Program-made: the position numbers and the translations under genes
The notes under the pieces: generated by a model
The model's input: only the letters and a program-made list of their open reading frames with translations
What the model was told of the DNA's origin: nothing
The model's database searches: none
Part shown: positions 1 to 11,552 of the stretch, piece after piece
Position numbering within the stretch: position 1 is the stretch's first letter
How the letters are laid out: the number at the start of each line of letters is the position of its first letter
Origin: Naegleria gruberi
Lineage: Eukaryota
Direction: 5' to 3' (one strand)
Assembly: GCA_000004985.1 (NCBI GenBank)
Contig: GG738867.1
Length of the DNA stretch: 64,000 nucleotides

Positions 1-76
1 TTATGTGATGAGAATTAATATAACAATAGTAGTGCTAGTACTAGTAGTGAATTTACAATTGGGGTTGGAAAAAGCC

Positions 77-933
77 TTAAATAATATCTTGAACATTCTT
101 CAAATCGGTTTCCTTTGAATTGGATGCTGAAATTGATGAGAATAATCCACCTCCACCACTATTTCTTCTCTTCTTCTTTTCATCTTCGAATGGATTGGTT
201 TTTGGTTGTTGTCCTCTTTCGAAATCTCTCATCTCCCTCACAATACTCTCAAAACATTCCTTGAGATTTTCAGTAGTTTTGGCACTAGCAAAGAATAATG
301 GTGTATTCTCTGGTAGTAACAAGTGTGTTTTCATGAATTCTTTGGTTTCCTTCTCGGTAATTCCTTTTAATTTTGGATTTTCCTTCAGCATATCAACCTT
401 ATTTCCGATTATAATTATTGGACATTCCTTTCCATCGACTGGTTTGTTGACATCCATCTTGATTCTGGAAATTCTCTCGGTATACTTTTGTAATTCTTCC
501 AAGGATTGATGAGAAGTACAATCAAAGACCAGGACGAAACCGAATGCTGTTCTCATATAAACATCCTGGAGAGCAGAGAATTCATCTGATGTATTATAGA
601 ATTAATAATTATTATATAATTAATAATATTTTGATGATGATGAAAATAGGATAATTTAGAAATTAATTTTCAGAAACACAAACCTTGTCCAGCAGTATCT
701 ACAATTGTCAAATAGGTTGTTTTGTTATCAACTTTTCTAGCAATATCAAAGGTATTCTCAATAGTTGGATCATAGCTATTTGAAATATTCCATAATGATT
801 TATTATGTGATAATACTTACATTTCAATGAATGTATCTTGAGTCCATCTAATGGTGATTGACGATTTACCAACACCTCCACCTCCACATACAGCAAATGT
901 AAAGCATTCTTCTCCTTTATCGTTCTTTGGCAT
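77..933 (-). CDS. Ras-superfamily small GTPase (Ras/Rheb-like), 3 exons: 821..933, 684..775, 80..585 (stop 77..79)
   Basis: Exon 1 encodes MPKNDKGEECFTFAVCGGGGVGKSSITIRWTQDTFIE (P-loop GxxxxGKS). Exon 2 encodes YDPTIENTFDIARKVDNKTTYLTIVDTAGQ (switch I and DTAGQ). Exon 3 carries NKVD and SAK motifs. Introns are 776..820 (45 nt, GTAAGT..ATAG) and 586..683 (98 nt, GTTTGT..ATCAG), and phases are consistent. Start is in an A-rich context. No C-terminal CAAX. Confidence 0.7.
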
Positions 934-1207
934 GATGATTTTTTTTGATTAGTGATGAATAGCTGTTGACATCTCTTGCATTGCAAGTTGAAACAAAGAA
1001 CAAGAGAAGAACCTTGTTCATGATGAACATGAGAACTAATTTCAACCAACTCATCTATGTTCTGAACAAATTAAATATTATTTAATATATTATTAATAAT
1101 TAAATAGCTATGTTATATATATTAAATTAAAACATAAGCCACTTTCCTTTCCTCATCAAAATACCGAATAGGGTTGGGAATTCTAACAACGGCCCATTCT
1201 AAATAAT

Positions 1208-4200
1208 TTGCAAAACAAAATGGAAGACATGTACCTGTGGGATGAAGATTTGATGGAGGCTCTTCATCAATCCAATATCGATCATTTTGCCACTAATAAA
1301 TCATCAAGCAACTCCTCCAAGCACAACAAGAACAGCACAGATTGTATTGAATTCTCCAAATTAGAGTTTGGTAATTTCGATGATCGAGAAATGACCACCT
1401 TCCGAAGGGTAACCACTCGACACTCCTTTCATGATGTTCATTCGACAAGTTTCAAGGTATATTGGAAGGAAGGTGGTGATTTTTCAGTCTTCTTTCTGAT
1501 TAAACCTCATCATCAGTTTTGGATTGAAATCAATAGAAACATTATACGGAAGGTAATCATTGTTGATAATGAAAGTATTGCCATTGTACTGGATCAGGCT
1601 CCAAGTGTTCACAGAAAACGTGATGGTGATGATAACAAGACAAGAATGGCTGCTCCAACTGATAAAACTACTCAGGCACATAGTTTCTGGTTGCACAATT
1701 TCAATGTGACAAAATCTCTGCTCCTCTCTGGTATTCGATATGAGCATGTGGAAATTCTCAAAAGTAAGACTTCAAAGACACACTATTTATATGGAACAAA
1801 ATCATGTACAGCTCTAACAATGAAGGATGTGAATGGTATGGATTGGAAGGGCCAATTGAATATTGAGCTTGGTATTCCATTTCATACCATGTATTTATTA
1901 TTGTGCTTGAATTGTAAAGTTCCTGGCTTACTTGCTAGTTATGAAAGATTATCAGAGATTAAGCAACTCTTTAATGAATTGAAAGATAGTAACAACAACT
2001 CATATGACTTGGTGAATGTTGCTCTGGAAAAGTGTTTACAACACGAAGGGTTCTTTCCTTCAGAGTTTACTACTCTCTTCAAAAAACATTCTCACAAACG
2101 CCAACACAAAAGCTTTGTAAAGGTTGATGACAATATGTTTGAAATCAGAAAGGTAATGATCACACCAACAGGAATCAAGTATTTCCCAAAAATCCTCGAA
2201 TCTGGAAATCGAGTCTTGAGAAAATACAAGCAATACGAAGATAGATTTCTCAGAGTGACATTTTGTGATGAGGGTCTTAATAGAGTTAGCGCTGAAAAGG
2301 TCACAAACATGCACCCTCGATTGGAGGAATTCCTTAATAATGGTTTTACTATTGGAAATAGACATTATGAGATGTTGGCCTATTCGAATAGCCAACTCAG
2401 AAGTCATAGCTGTTGGTTTTTGAATACGGAAGGAATTCGTGAACTGTCAGTGAGTTCTATCATTGAAGGTCTTGGTGACTTTTCTGATATTAAAGTAATG
2501 GCCAAATATGCTGCAAGAATTGGTCAATGCTTTTCCAATACTTTCAATGGTATCAAATCAGAATTTATAGAAGTAAATGATATTGTCTATCGAGAAATTG
2601 AAAGAAATGGGGACATTAAGGAAAACGTTCTCAATGACGGATGTGGCCGAATGTCTGTAAGTTTTGCAGAACAGGTTAGCAAGCAAATGAAAATTAGAAT
2701 TCATGGCAAAGCCTACATTCCATCAGCTTTACAATTCAGATTGGGTGGCTATAAAGGGGTAGTAGTACAAGATAAGGATGTTGCTGATATATTTGGAAAG
2801 GATCTGGTTCTCACTAAGAGTCAAAACAAGTTCAAGGACGAAAAGAGTGATGAATTTGAGATGGTAGCCTTCTCGAAACGTCCAAAGTTTTCCAGTCTCA
2901 ATAGACAAATTATTATTCTACTTTCCTCCAATGGCTTGCCTGACAGTGCCTTGATGAAATTTGTAGATAGAGAGATAGAGACTTGGAGGTCAAGAACAAC
3001 AAAAAAACTGAGTATTAGAAAGTTACTGAGAAAGGTGTGGGAAAATGTGGTTGGTTCGAATATCAAAAAGGTCATTTCATCAGAGTATTTAGATCTCAAA
3101 GCTCAGGTCCTTGCAAGTCAGGTCAAAGGAATGTCACAACAACATGTTGAATACTTTTACAATGTTGATCCATTACTCTGTACTCTATGCGATAAGATTT
3201 TGATTAACCAATTCTCCAGCTTGAAAACAAATCTTCCAGTTGATAAGTGTTCACTATTGATGGGTGTTGTTGATTTTTATGGAGTGCTAGAAGATGACGA
3301 GGTTTTTGTACAACTTTCTTCATTTGAGAGCTATGAAAGAGATTTATATGATCCTGGCTCGTATGCTGAAGGTGGAATAGTGAGTGGAAATGTATTTGTT
3401 ACAAGGAATCCTTGTCTTCACCCAGGAGATGTTAGAAAGTTTAAAGCTGTCAGTGATGACAGAATTAATGTTCTCAAACATTTGAAAGATGTTATTGTAT
3501 TCAGTCAAAAATCAAAACAATCCCAGGCTAGCAAGATGAGTGGAGGCGACTTGGATGGGGACCTTTTCATGGTGTGTTGGGATCCAGAGCTTTTAAATTT
3601 CACAGAACATAAACCAATGAAACACACTCAACTGAAACCTTTGGAAAAGAATGATGGTTTTGATTATAAGGCAATCAGAGATTTTCTTAAGGAGTATGTT
3701 GTGAATGACAATTTGGGAGTAGTTGCTTTTATGCATATGGAACACTATGATCAATCTTCAAAGGGAGCACTCGATCAAAACTGTTTGGATCTTGCTGATT
3801 ATCACTCTCACCAAGTTGATTATGCCAAGACTGGTGTTAGAAAGGCCTTACCAATGGAGCTGGTATCAGAGTATAGACCTCACTATATGCCAAAAAGTTT
3901 CATGAAGAAGACTTATCATTCAACCAAAATTATAGGAAAGAGTAAGTTATTGAGAATTTGATTTTTCTAACCACACAACAGTTCATGATAAGGTTGAGGA
4001 ATTTATGAAATCAAACAAAAAATTGAAAGAGAAGGTTAAAGAATCCGATCCCTTCCATCCACATTTTAAAACTTTGGATCTATTATTTGTAAAATACAAA
4101 CCTCTACAAATGCTTTTCATAGAGCATGACCAATTAAAGGAAGTGAAGAATGCCAATGAGGACTCTTTAATAACCAAAGATATTGCGGATATTTACAATT

Positions 4201-4553
4201 CAATCAAGAAGCTTTATAAGGAATACAAATCAGATTTGAAGAATCTAACCTCAATGTACTATGTTACTGAGCCCGAACTGGTGGTTGGATCTATAGATTT
4301 TAAGAAATTGGAGCATAAATGTGGAAGCAGTTCTTTCAAGTTAAGAGAAGAGATTCAGTCTAATGTGGATAAATTCATCAAGTACTATGCCAAGACAAGT
4401 AAACAAATTATCAAACCAAGTACTCTCTCAAAACAAGAGATTGCCTCCATATTTTATATTGTCGTACGTAATGACAATATAACAAAGAGAAAGTTTAAGG
4501 AAATGTTTGGGTTGACCTTTTATTGGCTCGTTATTGACAAGATATTAAAGTGA
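1208..4553 (+). CDS. Cellular RNA-dependent RNA polymerase (RDR family), 2 exons: 1208..3941, 3982..4553
   Basis: Catalytic DLDGD motif (SGGDLDGDLFMVCWDPELL) and a long RdRP-domain ORF. A 40-nt intron (3942..3981, GTAAGT..AACAG) joins ORF 1208..3961 to ORF 4005..4553 in frame, and the C-terminal RdRP-type tail ends IASIFYIVV. About 1102 aa. No N-terminal helicase domain is visible. Confidence 0.8.
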
Positions 4554-4604
4554 GATTTATTCGTAAATATTTAGAGAATTCTTCATTAAACAAATTTATT
4601 AACA

Positions 4605-5293
4605 TCAACAAGGTCTATTCTTTTTACCAAGATACTGACTCACATCAAATAATAAGTTTGGCCTCTCATGAAGAGCTTGATTGGCTAGGGAAGTTGGAAT
4701 CATTCCGTTGGGATTTGATTGAACCATCATGGTGCACTTCACATCATTGTCAATTTGATAAAATTTGAACAATGTGAAATAGTTAGTTCCTCTCACTAAT
4801 GACTTGTCATTAGAATTGAATGAATAATAATCATCAATAGAGGTACTCAACCATCCTATGTATTCATTTGAATGGATGGAATGACCAACCAGTATGAAAT
4901 CTCGTTCAGAAACAAAACGAGCTGTTGATGATATTTAAATATTGGAAAGTTCAGAAGAAACTACTTACATGGTGAAGAGAATATAAAATGTCTTATACTC
5001 CAACTATCAATTCTCTCAATTTCCTTGAAATATTTGGCCTTCTTATCATAACTCTTCACTACTTCCCAATCTGGTGTTTCGAATAGCTTTAAAATTTGGT
5101 CAACCTTACAATTTTCCGCAATCGTCTCACCCTTAATCACAATTCCCCTCTCAGAATCGCCTTTGTAATGAGAAATGGCTACTCCATTAACATCTTCTAA
5201 ATATCCTTCAAATTCCTTCTCTGCATACACTTCAGCGTTCTTCAATTCAACGTTCCAATGTTTTTGGATTTCTTCAATTTTTACTTTTTGCAT
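4605..5293 (-). CDS. START/Bet v1-like lipid-transfer domain protein, 2 exons: 4969..5293, 4608..4921
   Basis: C-terminal START signature SNPNGMIPTSLANQ. A 47-nt intron (4922..4968, GTAAGT..AACAG, phase 1) joins ORFs 4961..5293 and 4605..4850. The family call is moderate. Confidence 0.5.
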
Positions 5294-5517
5294 TTTGTTT
5301 TTTTTTAATTTGTTTACAGATTTTCTTTAAATATTGTTGGGAGAAGAATTATTATTAGAATGAAGTGGAGGTTAAATAATAGTACGTTGCCATTTTGTTA
5401 CCATTTATACACCAATTATTTATTTTTTTGTAATCTATTTTGTCAATTCCGAACTATTTAATAGTATTTAATATTTAAATAATATTAAATAAAATTGTAT
5501 TTATATTAAAAAAAAAA

Positions 5518-7929
5518 ATGTACAATCCAGTAGCAGAGGAAATTCCATACAACATTGAGGAGGAAGAACCATCCATCCCTCCTCCATCATCAGAAAATAC
5601 ATTTAATTACCAATCCAATCTTAATGATCATCAATCAATTACATCATCTGGTAGTACTTCTCATAGTAATTCCATAGATTTTGAAGCTAGGAGTGATAAA
5701 TCCAATAATGCACCAGAGTTTAGATATGGTCGGAAGGAGATGAATATTCGAGTTAATAATCTGCTCTTAAATCAATCGATTGATTATGAATGTATTCCTC
5801 AGGTGGTTCGGGAATGGATTAATCAAGATCAATTAAGAAGATTTGAATGTAATAATAGTAATAATAATAATAATAGCAAAATTGAGGAAAATGGAAAGGA
5901 TTGGAGTTGTTTGGAGAATTTGCCACAAGATGTCAAATTTGAAATTATTGATTTCATTCCGACCTTTTCGATGAGGAGAGATTTGAATATAAAACTCTCT
6001 GATAGGGAAACTGATGAATATATTGTGGATGAGGAGGCAGTGATTGGATATATTGATGAAATGAATCAAGTACTGCAATGGAAGGAAAGGAGAATGGAAC
6101 AATGCTTGATTGTGAGAGATGTTCCAATAAAGACAATGCACAAGATGAGAGTTATCTCAAAGGAATATGCAAAGAGAATGAAATTCAAGCTAATGACACT
6201 TTCACATTTGGATTTACCTTTTGCACTGTCCAAGATAGGATTGTGTTATTTTGCCTCCTTTTTAAAAGCTCAACAATTGTATTTGGATAAGAAAATTGAT
6301 GAAAATGGAGAAGATTTTTTAATTTACAAGGAGATGCCTTATATTAATAGAGAACTTGATGAGGAAATTGAAGAGATTGACGATGCTTTGAATGAAGTAG
6401 ATAATTTCAGGACGCTCTATGAAGCATCTCCGTTGGAATTAGTAATGTTTGAATATGCAGAACCCGATGAAAATCTACTTCCAAATTCTCTAGTTGAATT
6501 TGTAGGATCTAACATTGTAGTTAAATCAGTCAAGACAACTAGAAAGCCAAATATTATAGAGCTAATATTTGCCACCTGTAAAAGCTTACAGTCCTTTGTT
6601 TCAGATTCCAGAGTGCTTGTTCATCACTCATTACCTAGTTTAGAGCATTGGACTTGTGCATTCTTTTATGGAGGTGATTATCATTTCGAGTCAGAAATAG
6701 AAAAAATCTGTGGGGTGGCTCCAAATATTAAAACAATAGACATGATATTCACTGCTGAAAGACAAAGGAATTTCAAACAGGAATTTTTAGATAATATTGA
6801 TATTGGAGAGGATACTAAACTGATAGTGGATGGTTTTGTCAATAAGATTATCCCACCCTCTTCAGGTAAGACTGAACGAGAGGTCAATATTACTATTACT
6901 CATTTGGAATCTTCAGATGTAAATACCATTATGAAATACATGGAATACTTTAGACCACCTACAAGTGATTGTTACTATCTGAATGACCTTATCTTTTCAC
7001 AAAGATATTTAACCTTGGAAGAGAGAAAAAATCTGGCTGAGAATTTGTTTACACGAGAGGATGAAAGATTTCCAATTGAACGGCTCAGATTTGATCAGCA
7101 TAGTTCATATTCTCAAGAGGATGCAATGGACATGTTTGCCTACATTATTTACCTTTCAAACGAATATCAGAATGGATTTTTATTTAACTTGGTTACTTAT
7201 CTTAATGAACAGGTTGTTGATGATGCCTTGGAGTATGGATGGAAACCTGCCAAATGGGATGAACTCTTACTGTTGAAATCAAATTTCACAGTGAGTCAAG
7301 TTGAAAAATTATTACAATTAATTCGTTGTGAATATCAAAACGATGTGAATTTCTTCAAATATGTCAGACTATTACTTTGCAAGGTTTACTCTGAAAGATA
7401 TTCATTTGCTGCTACGGACAAAAGTTTGGTGAGAGGATTGACCAATTATTTAAGGAAAAACAAATTCAATTCAAGTTTTATGAAAGTACTATTCAAGCCG
7501 TCACAGCTCTGTCTCTCCAAGGACTACTTTCCAATTATCAAGTACGCTACCATTCTAATACCAAATATTATAGCAGTCTCCTCTGATGTTGTTTCCTTTG
7601 TATCATTGTTGGATTTCTATCCTGACGAGTATTGGAATTTACAAAATGAGAATGGAGATAATATTTTACACATTTTCCTGTTATCACGTGAGCCTGGAAG
7701 TGAAAATGAATTGCTAGCATTGGATAAAATCATTAGGAAACATCCAGAGCTATTGAACATGTTGAATCATCAAAATAGATCACCTGTCCATATTGCCTTC
7801 TCTACTGAGGATTCTGGTATTATTAGATTATTTTCCCTTTATGATATTAATCTAGAGGAGAAAGATTGTCTTGGAAAAACGCCTTTGGATTATTTAACCG
7901 ATGACTCTTTAAGGGATTATTTTGAATAA
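5518..7929 (+). CDS. Large hypothetical protein with C-terminal ankyrin repeats
   Basis: 803-aa uninterrupted ORF with an A-rich start context. The C-terminus has ANK-like repeats (NGDNILHIFLLS..., NRSPVHIAFSTEDSGIIRLF..., GKTPLDYL). An N-rich tract is present. Confidence 0.55.
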   Translation: MYNPVAEEIPYNIEEEEPSIPPPSSENTFNYQSNLNDHQSITSSGSTSHSNSIDFEARSDKSNNAPEFRYGRKEMNIRVNNLLLNQSIDYECIPQVVREWINQDQLRRFECNNSNNNNNSKIEENGKDWSCLENLPQDVKFEIIDFIPTFSMRRDLNIKLSDRETDEYIVDEEAVIGYIDEMNQVLQWKERRMEQCLIVRDVPIKTMHKMRVISKEYAKRMKFKLMTLSHLDLPFALSKIGLCYFASFLKAQQLYLDKKIDENGEDFLIYKEMPYINRELDEEIEEIDDALNEVDNFRTLYEASPLELVMFEYAEPDENLLPNSLVEFVGSNIVVKSVKTTRKPNIIELIFATCKSLQSFVSDSRVLVHHSLPSLEHWTCAFFYGGDYHFESEIEKICGVAPNIKTIDMIFTAERQRNFKQEFLDNIDIGEDTKLIVDGFVNKIIPPSSGKTEREVNITITHLESSDVNTIMKYMEYFRPPTSDCYYLNDLIFSQRYLTLEERKNLAENLFTREDERFPIERLRFDQHSSYSQEDAMDMFAYIIYLSNEYQNGFLFNLVTYLNEQVVDDALEYGWKPAKWDELLLLKSNFTVSQVEKLLQLIRCEYQNDVNFFKYVRLLLCKVYSERYSFAATDKSLVRGLTNYLRKNKFNSSFMKVLFKPSQLCLSKDYFPIIKYATILIPNIIAVSSDVVSFVSLLDFYPDEYWNLQNENGDNILHIFLLSREPGSENELLALDKIIRKHPELLNMLNHQNRSPVHIAFSTEDSGIIRLFSLYDINLEEKDCLGKTPLDYLTDDSLRDYFE

Positions 7930-7970
7930 TATTATGATTAAGAAAATAATAATTAGACTGTATTGATAAT

Positions 7971-8876
7971 TTATTTAGCGAGGATTACAACATTAGCTAT
8001 GGAAATTATCTCAATTTCTTCATCATTGTTGCTGATATTGAACTCTCTTCTGGAGACTTGGTCAATTCTGTCCAGTAATTCCTTCTCAGTGGAGGTAACT
8101 TGTGGATTTTCTTTGAGATATTTCTGAACAAGTGTAGCAAACTGATTGCCCATATTGAAAATATTCTGCAATTCAGAATATTTCATTTTCAAGGATTGTG
8201 TCACTTGTCTGATTTCAACATGTTCAAATCCTGCCTCCCTGCAACGTTGCTCAAAAACCTTTGGATCTTGGAGTGCAAATGGAGGTCTATTTTGTTGCAA
8301 CACTTCAAACAAAGCTTGAGATGAGACACGATTTGGAAAATCATCAGTCCAAGAATTCACAAATGCCATTCCTCCCTTCTTCAAAACTCTTTTAATTTCA
8401 GATAATCCTTGCACCATTTTTGGATAAAACATTACTCCCATATTAGAATAGACAATATCAAATGATTCGTCTGGGAATTTCAATTCTTGACCATCCATTA
8501 CTTGAAATTTCAAATTGTCCCAATCAAATTCCACTTGTTTCTCTTCAATTCTTGATTGTTTCTTATACTCTGCTCCTTCAATCATAGATGCAGCAAAGTC
8601 AATCCCATCCAATGCGGAAATCTTGATCTTATCAGGGAGTATCTTCTCATCAACAAATTTGAAAGGTACCAATCCAGTTCCAGTGGCCAAATCAAGAATA
8701 CTAACATTTCTCTCCTCAGTTGTGATGTTAAAGTACAAGTCAATGGATCTTTGAATGAGATCAGATGCAAAGAAATCTAGAAAAATCTTGGACTTTTCCA
8801 TTAATTTGACCTTGTTTTCCCAGTGGTTTTTGTTAAGGTCATGATGTGTAGTGGTTATGGTTGCAGTGTTGGACAT
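7971..8876 (-). CDS. Class I SAM-dependent methyltransferase
   Basis: Motif I LDLATGTG, motif II DIVYSNMGVMF and motif III LKKGGMAFVNSW. The likely true start is MSNTATI at 8876; the upstream part of ORF 7971..9032 looks like a read-through 5'UTR. An alternative start is at 8909. Confidence 0.65.
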   Translation of the reverse strand: MSNTATITTTHHDLNKNHWENKVKLMEKSKIFLDFFASDLIQRSIDLYFNITTEERNVSILDLATGTGLVPFKFVDEKILPDKIKISALDGIDFAASMIEGAEYKKQSRIEEKQVEFDWDNLKFQVMDGQELKFPDESFDIVYSNMGVMFYPKMVQGLSEIKRVLKKGGMAFVNSWTDDFPNRVSSQALFEVLQQNRPPFALQDPKVFEQRCREAGFEHVEIRQVTQSLKMKYSELQNIFNMGNQFATLVQKYLKENPQVTSTEKELLDRIDQVSRREFNISNNDEEIEIISIANVVILAK

Positions 8877-9245
8877 TTTTTTATTGTTGTTATGAAATTT
8901 GTTTTGCATTTCTAATGAGGGGTATTTATGCGCTTTGAAATGGATACCATGGAGTGCGTAAAGGTTTATTTTGCAAATGACCTTTATTGGAGATATTTGA
9001 AGCACTGCTGGTTCAACAAAAAGATGAATCACACATCTTTCATCAATGTTTTAGATTATTGGGTGTATTAGGATATTTGAGAGTTTTTTATTAAAATAAT
9101 AACCAAATGAGTTTTTGATTTAAAAAATGTTAAGGTTAATTAAGCAAACACATCTAAGAGAAAAATCTGAAGTAGTACATGAATACAAAAGAAATGGGTT
9201 GGAGGCAACCTCAAATTCGAATTTTTTGTGTATATTTAAATTTAA

Positions 9246-10438
9246 TCAAGGTGTTTCTTCACTAACTTTTAACAAAATCTTTCCAGTTGCTTTACGTCCT
9301 TCAATTTCATTATGAGCTTCCTTAATTTCTTCCAAATTGAAAACCTTGTGAATGTTAATATCAATGAGCCCTTGTGAAACCCAGGAAAATAATTTGTGAC
9401 TCTTCTCTTGTAATTCATCAAAGGTGGTTACAAAGTCACCCATTTTAGGTCTTGTAAAATTAATTGAACCTCTTCTTGATAAATCCAAAGGATTAATTAA
9501 ACCAACAGGTCCTGATGCATTACCAAAAGAAATGAATAAACCTCTCACCCCTAAAGAATTGAGTGAAGATTGATAGGTATCCTTTCCAACACCATCAAAG
9601 ACAATATCCACTCCCTTCCCATTGGTAATTTCCTTGACTCTCTCCACAACATCTTCTGTAGAATATTGAATAACATGAGTACAACCCAATTTGAGAGCCA
9701 AATCAACCTTTTCTGGAGATCCAACTGTTCCAATAATTGTGCTACATTTCTTAATCTTGGACATGATTTGAACAAGCAATCTTGATGTACCTCCAGCTGC
9801 AGAGTGAATCAAAACAACGTCTGATCTAATGCTTGGAATGTCAAAAGCCAAATAATAAGCTGTCAATCCATTAATCATACAAGCAACAGAATCCTTCAAA
9901 CTAATTTCACTTGGCAACTTGGCAACACTATTATAATCTACAGCAGCATATTCAGCATATGATCCAGAAGAACTAGAAAAGGCAACACGATCTCCAACTT
10001 TTAGTCCACATTCCTTTGGCACTTGATCACCAATCTTTTCAATTATACCACTTCCTACACAAAATCCAATTTTCAAGTGTTGTGTACATTAAATTAAAAC
10101 GTTAAAATTATTAAATTAACCATCGAACAAATAATTTTCAAATTTTCCAATCATCACAATTTTGATCAAAATAAATCAAAATATTAAATTAATCAAATAT
10201 TGATCAAAAATTATCTTCCTAAATATTTAAATATTAGAAACTAACCATCTTGTCCAAGAACCTTTGGAAGGGATGGAACAGGATACAATCCCGATCTAAA
10301 ATAGGTATCAATGAAATTTACGCTCGAGTAGGCAATTTTGATCAGGACTTGATGGTGGGAAATTTCTGGGATTGGCACATTGGTATCTACTTGTAAAACG
10401 TTCACGTCGCCGGTTTCGTGTATTCTGACTGCTTTCAT
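9246..10438 (-). CDS. NADPH:quinone oxidoreductase / zeta-crystallin (MDR superfamily), 2 exons: 10246..10438, 9249..10054
   Basis: N-terminal MKAVRIHETGDVNVLQV...LGQDG joined through a 191-nt intron (10055..10245, GTTAGT..TGTAG, phase 1) to SGIIEKIGDQV...GDRVAF...AAGGTS (Rossmann NAD(P)-binding). Confidence 0.75.
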
Positions 10439-11552
10439 TTTTTTTTAAATTGTGTGTTTTTACTATTATTTAATAATTGCTATTTTTGTAAAGTTGTAAT
10501 ATATTAATTAGTCCGATGAAGCGGCTGGATTATTTGATGGAAGGATTTGAGATTTGAAATTTTGATGAGGGAAAACATGTTGCGAATGCACAAACAATCG
10601 ATTTTATATGAAATTTCTGTAAAGTGAATTAATGAAATATTCCATTTAAGGAAAATACTTTAATCACCAAATGTTGAACAAACGCACGTTTATTACACCA
10701 GTTTAATATTATTACACCAGGTTCTTCTCCAATATGATATCCACTCTGGGAATTTGGATCCTAATGCTTGGTTGGCAAAATATAGATTTGCAGATATTGC
10801 AGTTAATGAATTTAAGAAACTTAATGTGAACGTGTATTTTGCTTACATCACCACAACAAGAGTTAGCGCAGAAAATATAGCAGCTTTGGAGAAACACAAG
10901 CACTACGACAAGGTAATTCTTTTCAGTCATAATACAGAATCTGAGTATTTCCCACCCAATTTATTACCTTATTATAAGGGATTTTTATTTACATTTTAAA
11001 CAGAAAACCCCACCATTACTACCATCCTTGTCCACTGATAAGTATAGTCAAGAACAAGAACACCTCCAATCTGAATACTCCCAAATCTCTCCCTTTTAGA
11101 ACATATTTCTCGACTGTAATTGCACATTTATCCTATATTGATATCTGAAGATTTTTGGATTTCCAGAATTATCGAACCATATTATCAATTCTATTGAGGG
11201 ATATATAACAGTGGAGAGTTTTGTCTTGATGGCAAACTGGTATTCTAAGGAGGAAAATCAGCACGATGAGTTTGTAATTATAAACAATATTATCTTTGAA
11301 TGTTTCACAAACTGAAACACACAACCTCAAGCTTGGTTGTGGAGAGGTTTAAGGGCGGCCGTTATTTAAAAACAAGTTGCGATGAACTCAGTTCTGTTTC
11401 GGGTTAGAATCATGATCTTGTATGTCCTTATTAAGTCAATTTTGAAATAAACATTAATTGTAAACCAAAGAGTCCAAAACAGGTGCATTCACTAGAACCT
11501 TCTTTTACCAGGGCCTTAATAAAAATCAAAAAAAAAACAAACAAACAACAAA

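Noticed and set aside
708-1049. ORF 708..1049 (minus, 113 aa)
   Set aside because: It overlaps GTPase exon 1 and intron in another frame and has no motif.
8877-9032. N-terminal extension of the methyltransferase ORF (MIHLFVEPAV...)
   Set aside because: The extension is AT-rich and has no A-rich start context. The methyltransferase domain begins after M at 8876, so it is probably 5'UTR read-through by the ORF finder.
10754-10999. 81-aa plus ORF in the large spacer
   Set aside because: No motif, and a candidate 14-nt intron is implausible. Cannot be supported.
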